Source of the DNA: the human T2T-CHM13v2.0 reference genome, Homo sapiens
Reading direction: 5' to 3' (one strand)
Assembly (NCBI RefSeq): GCF_009914755.1
Contig: NC_060928.1
Length of the DNA: 64,000 bases
In this document: positions 58,072-64,000 of the stretch, one piece after another
How positions within the stretch are numbered: position 1 is the stretch's first letter
How the letters are laid out: each line of letters opens with the position of its first letter
Notes under the pieces: model-generated
What the model was told of the DNA's origin: nothing
What the model saw: the letters and a program-made list of their open reading frames with translations, nothing else
The model's database searches: none
Made by a program: the position numbers and the translations under genes

Positions 58072-58609
58072 CATACTAAACTGTCTTCTTTCAGAGTTTA
58101 CCCTGCATGTTTTATCCAGCTATGTACGTGGCAAAGACAGTTCCTTTTTATTATTTAGCTTCATAGTCTAAAATATTCCTAAAACCTAGTATTTTTAAAT
58201 TCCTAACTTGTATCCCGCTTACAAAAATATTCTATACAAGTTAATTACAAATGAAATTACCAGCTACTTTAAAAAACATTGGTGCTTTTTTTATTTCTCA
58301 GTCCTTTCCATCTAGCTGTGGTTTGTTGTTTTTTACCTCTGCTTAAAACCTTCTTTCTAAAACTTCTTTCTGTTTTGGTCCCCTCCTTTCAAACTTTGAG
58401 CAATACCCAAGATGTACTCAGTCTTCTTTCCAGCCTTTCTCACTTGAGGAACTCCTTCATTCTAAAGACTTCAACGATAATGCCATGTGAATTAATTCAA
58501 TTTTTTTACACATATCTTATCTCTTACTATTGGTGAAAGACCTTTGAATCAGAAAATACACTGTGTGATTTCTTCCCCTTACTTCATATACTTAATGCTA
58601 TTACCACTA

Positions 58610-58810
58610 CTACTACTGCTATTAATAGCAATGCTCACTGGCCATTTGCTATATATGGGCCAAGTATTGTGAAAAGCACTTTATTTATCTGCAACATGTA
58701 AATTAACCTTCAAAATATTCTATGAAAGGTATGTTGTAAATATTATTTCACAAATAAATAATATGAGTTCCCAGGGCTCTGTAATTTGACAAGGTCTATA
58801 TGACCCTAAA
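58610..58810 (-). mobile_element. MIR relic
   Basis: TAATAGCAATGCTCACTGGCCATTTGCTAT..CCAAGTATTGTGAAAAGCACTTTA..TATTTCACAAAT..GTAATTTGACAAGGTC. Confidence 0.6.
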
Positions 58811-59569
58811 GGGCAGATATAACTTGCTACACTATTCAGTTTCATCATAAACCATATATTACACGTTAAGACTTCACCATATTTACGAGTAGCTCCTCTG
58901 TAAGTCAGTTGTTTGTTTCTTATTGCCTAATCCAAAATGCAATATAGAGTTTAACCATGGATTTTAGCAGTAGACCTGAGAGAACACAATTCAGAATTTG
59001 AACCTGAAACTTGGGATGATAAATAGTTTTCTTGTTAAACATGTTGTTCTTTAATCCCTTATTTGGGTCCATCTCTCTTCAAGTTGCAATGTATATTTTC
59101 ATTGTTACGTTCTAATATTTCTTGTCCTCCTCAGTCAATGAGGCCTGGATAGTGGTCATAGGGTTGGCTATGAACACTTTCATTGATGAGTGAACACAGC
59201 CACATATCTCCAGATATGGGGAACTGCAGGGCCAACACTTGCTGGCAATATGAGCCCATTCCAGGGAACATTTTCTGTCTTGGGCCACCTAGCTCTCTAT
59301 TCACCTGCTATGTTACTTGTATGGCTTCTTCCTCTTCTATCTTCCCTGTTTCATAAGATTTCTCTCCTGAAAAATGTGTTCTCACAGTTATTCACCTGAT
59401 TGAGGAAAGGCTTATGGCTCTTCTGAAGTTTTTCTTCTAGCTAGGTTTATTTTCCTGTCAACAACAAAGAAACAACAAAACATTAATTTTGGAAAAAAAA
59501 AAAAAAAGATGTGGTCAAAATTATCTTCTAGGAAGAAGGAAGTCCCCCAAGCCCACAGTCCCAAGCCAG

Positions 59570-59725
59570 TGTGGTCTAGTTGTTGAGATTATGGGCTTTG
59601 ACTGATTTCAGTCCCACCTCAGTCACTGGCCAAGTTCTTTAATCTTTTAGATACTTAATTCCTTCATGTTTAAAATGGGAAAACTGTAAAATCCAGCTAT
59701 ATTTCATATAGCTGCAATGAAAGTC
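59570..59725 (+). mobile_element. MIR relic
   Basis: GGCCAAGTTCTTTAATCTT..TTCCTTCATGTTTAAAATGGG. Confidence 0.55.
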
Positions 59726-60480
59726 TTTTTTGTTTTGTAGCAATGAGCAAAAGGGAAAATGGGGGAAAGATGGAAGTGGAGACAGTAACTTAATACAGTG
59801 TTTTCACCTACTCAGCTGCCTGGAGGTGCTGTAGGGAACAGACACAGGGGCAGTGACTGCTTCTAGTTACTGTCAATAAACGCATGCTGGTTGATCGATA
59901 TCAAGTTTATTAGACAAAGATAATTATTGCATTTGTAAGTTAAAAATTATTAAAACTGTCACTAACCTTGTCAAAGTGCTAAATTTGAAAAATAAGAGTA
60001 CAATTTTCATTTCAAAAATCAGGTTATTTCCTTGATTCGTCTCAGCATTCTCTCTCTTCATAGCTGGTTGCTTAACTACATATTACCTTTTTAATTCTGC
60101 ATTTTTGTTTCATAGCATACCCTCATTTGCATTTCTAAAATCGGATGTTCCTTTCACATAACACAGTATCCTAATTAAAATATTAAAAGATGCTTTCTGA
60201 ATGAAGAGAATTTACATTGCCATAAAAATGTTCAGAGTGATGCCGGCTGGTTTTTTAAATAATTTCAATTACACTTTCTCTGTAAATTTTTTCTAGTTAT
60301 TCAGTTAACCCTTGCAGCTTTTTAGGATGGATTAAAAATATGGAAGTGGAACTAGAGGCAAAAAGAATTATGACAAATAAAAAAACATTATATTCACAGT
60401 AAAATTTTGGGGAAAAATAGATACTTATTTTCTATTTCATTCTCACTAAAATTATTTGGTTTTCTTGATGAATTGATTGA

Positions 60481-64000
<3,520 letters not shown>

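Overview
AT-rich, CpG-poor hominid (human or great ape) intergenic or deep-intronic DNA. I see no host protein-coding exon, RNA gene or CRISPR array. The long ORFs all belong to LINE-1. The window holds a full-length but disabled L1PA2-like element (43646-49670, +) and an older L1PA4/5-like element running off the window end (60481-64000, -). It also holds two 5'-inverted older L1s, L1 fragments, five Alu-family elements, MaLR/ERVL solo LTRs, DNA transposon relics, MIR/L2 relics and microsatellites. Subfamily names come from my recall of consensus sequences, not from an alignment run. I found no convincing new biological system. The best leads are: (1) the two convergent L1s of different age share at least 7 non-consensus sites, suggesting patchy gene conversion or an inversion-prone inverted pair; (2) an apparently two-step 3' transduction behind the full-length L1; (3) a 5'-end-only RPS2 retrocopy inside a MER58; (4) an intact antisense ORF0 in the dead L1; (5) a ~100-bp templated copy 1.5 kb from its likely source; (6) a nested mini-L1 with a transduction-like tail.
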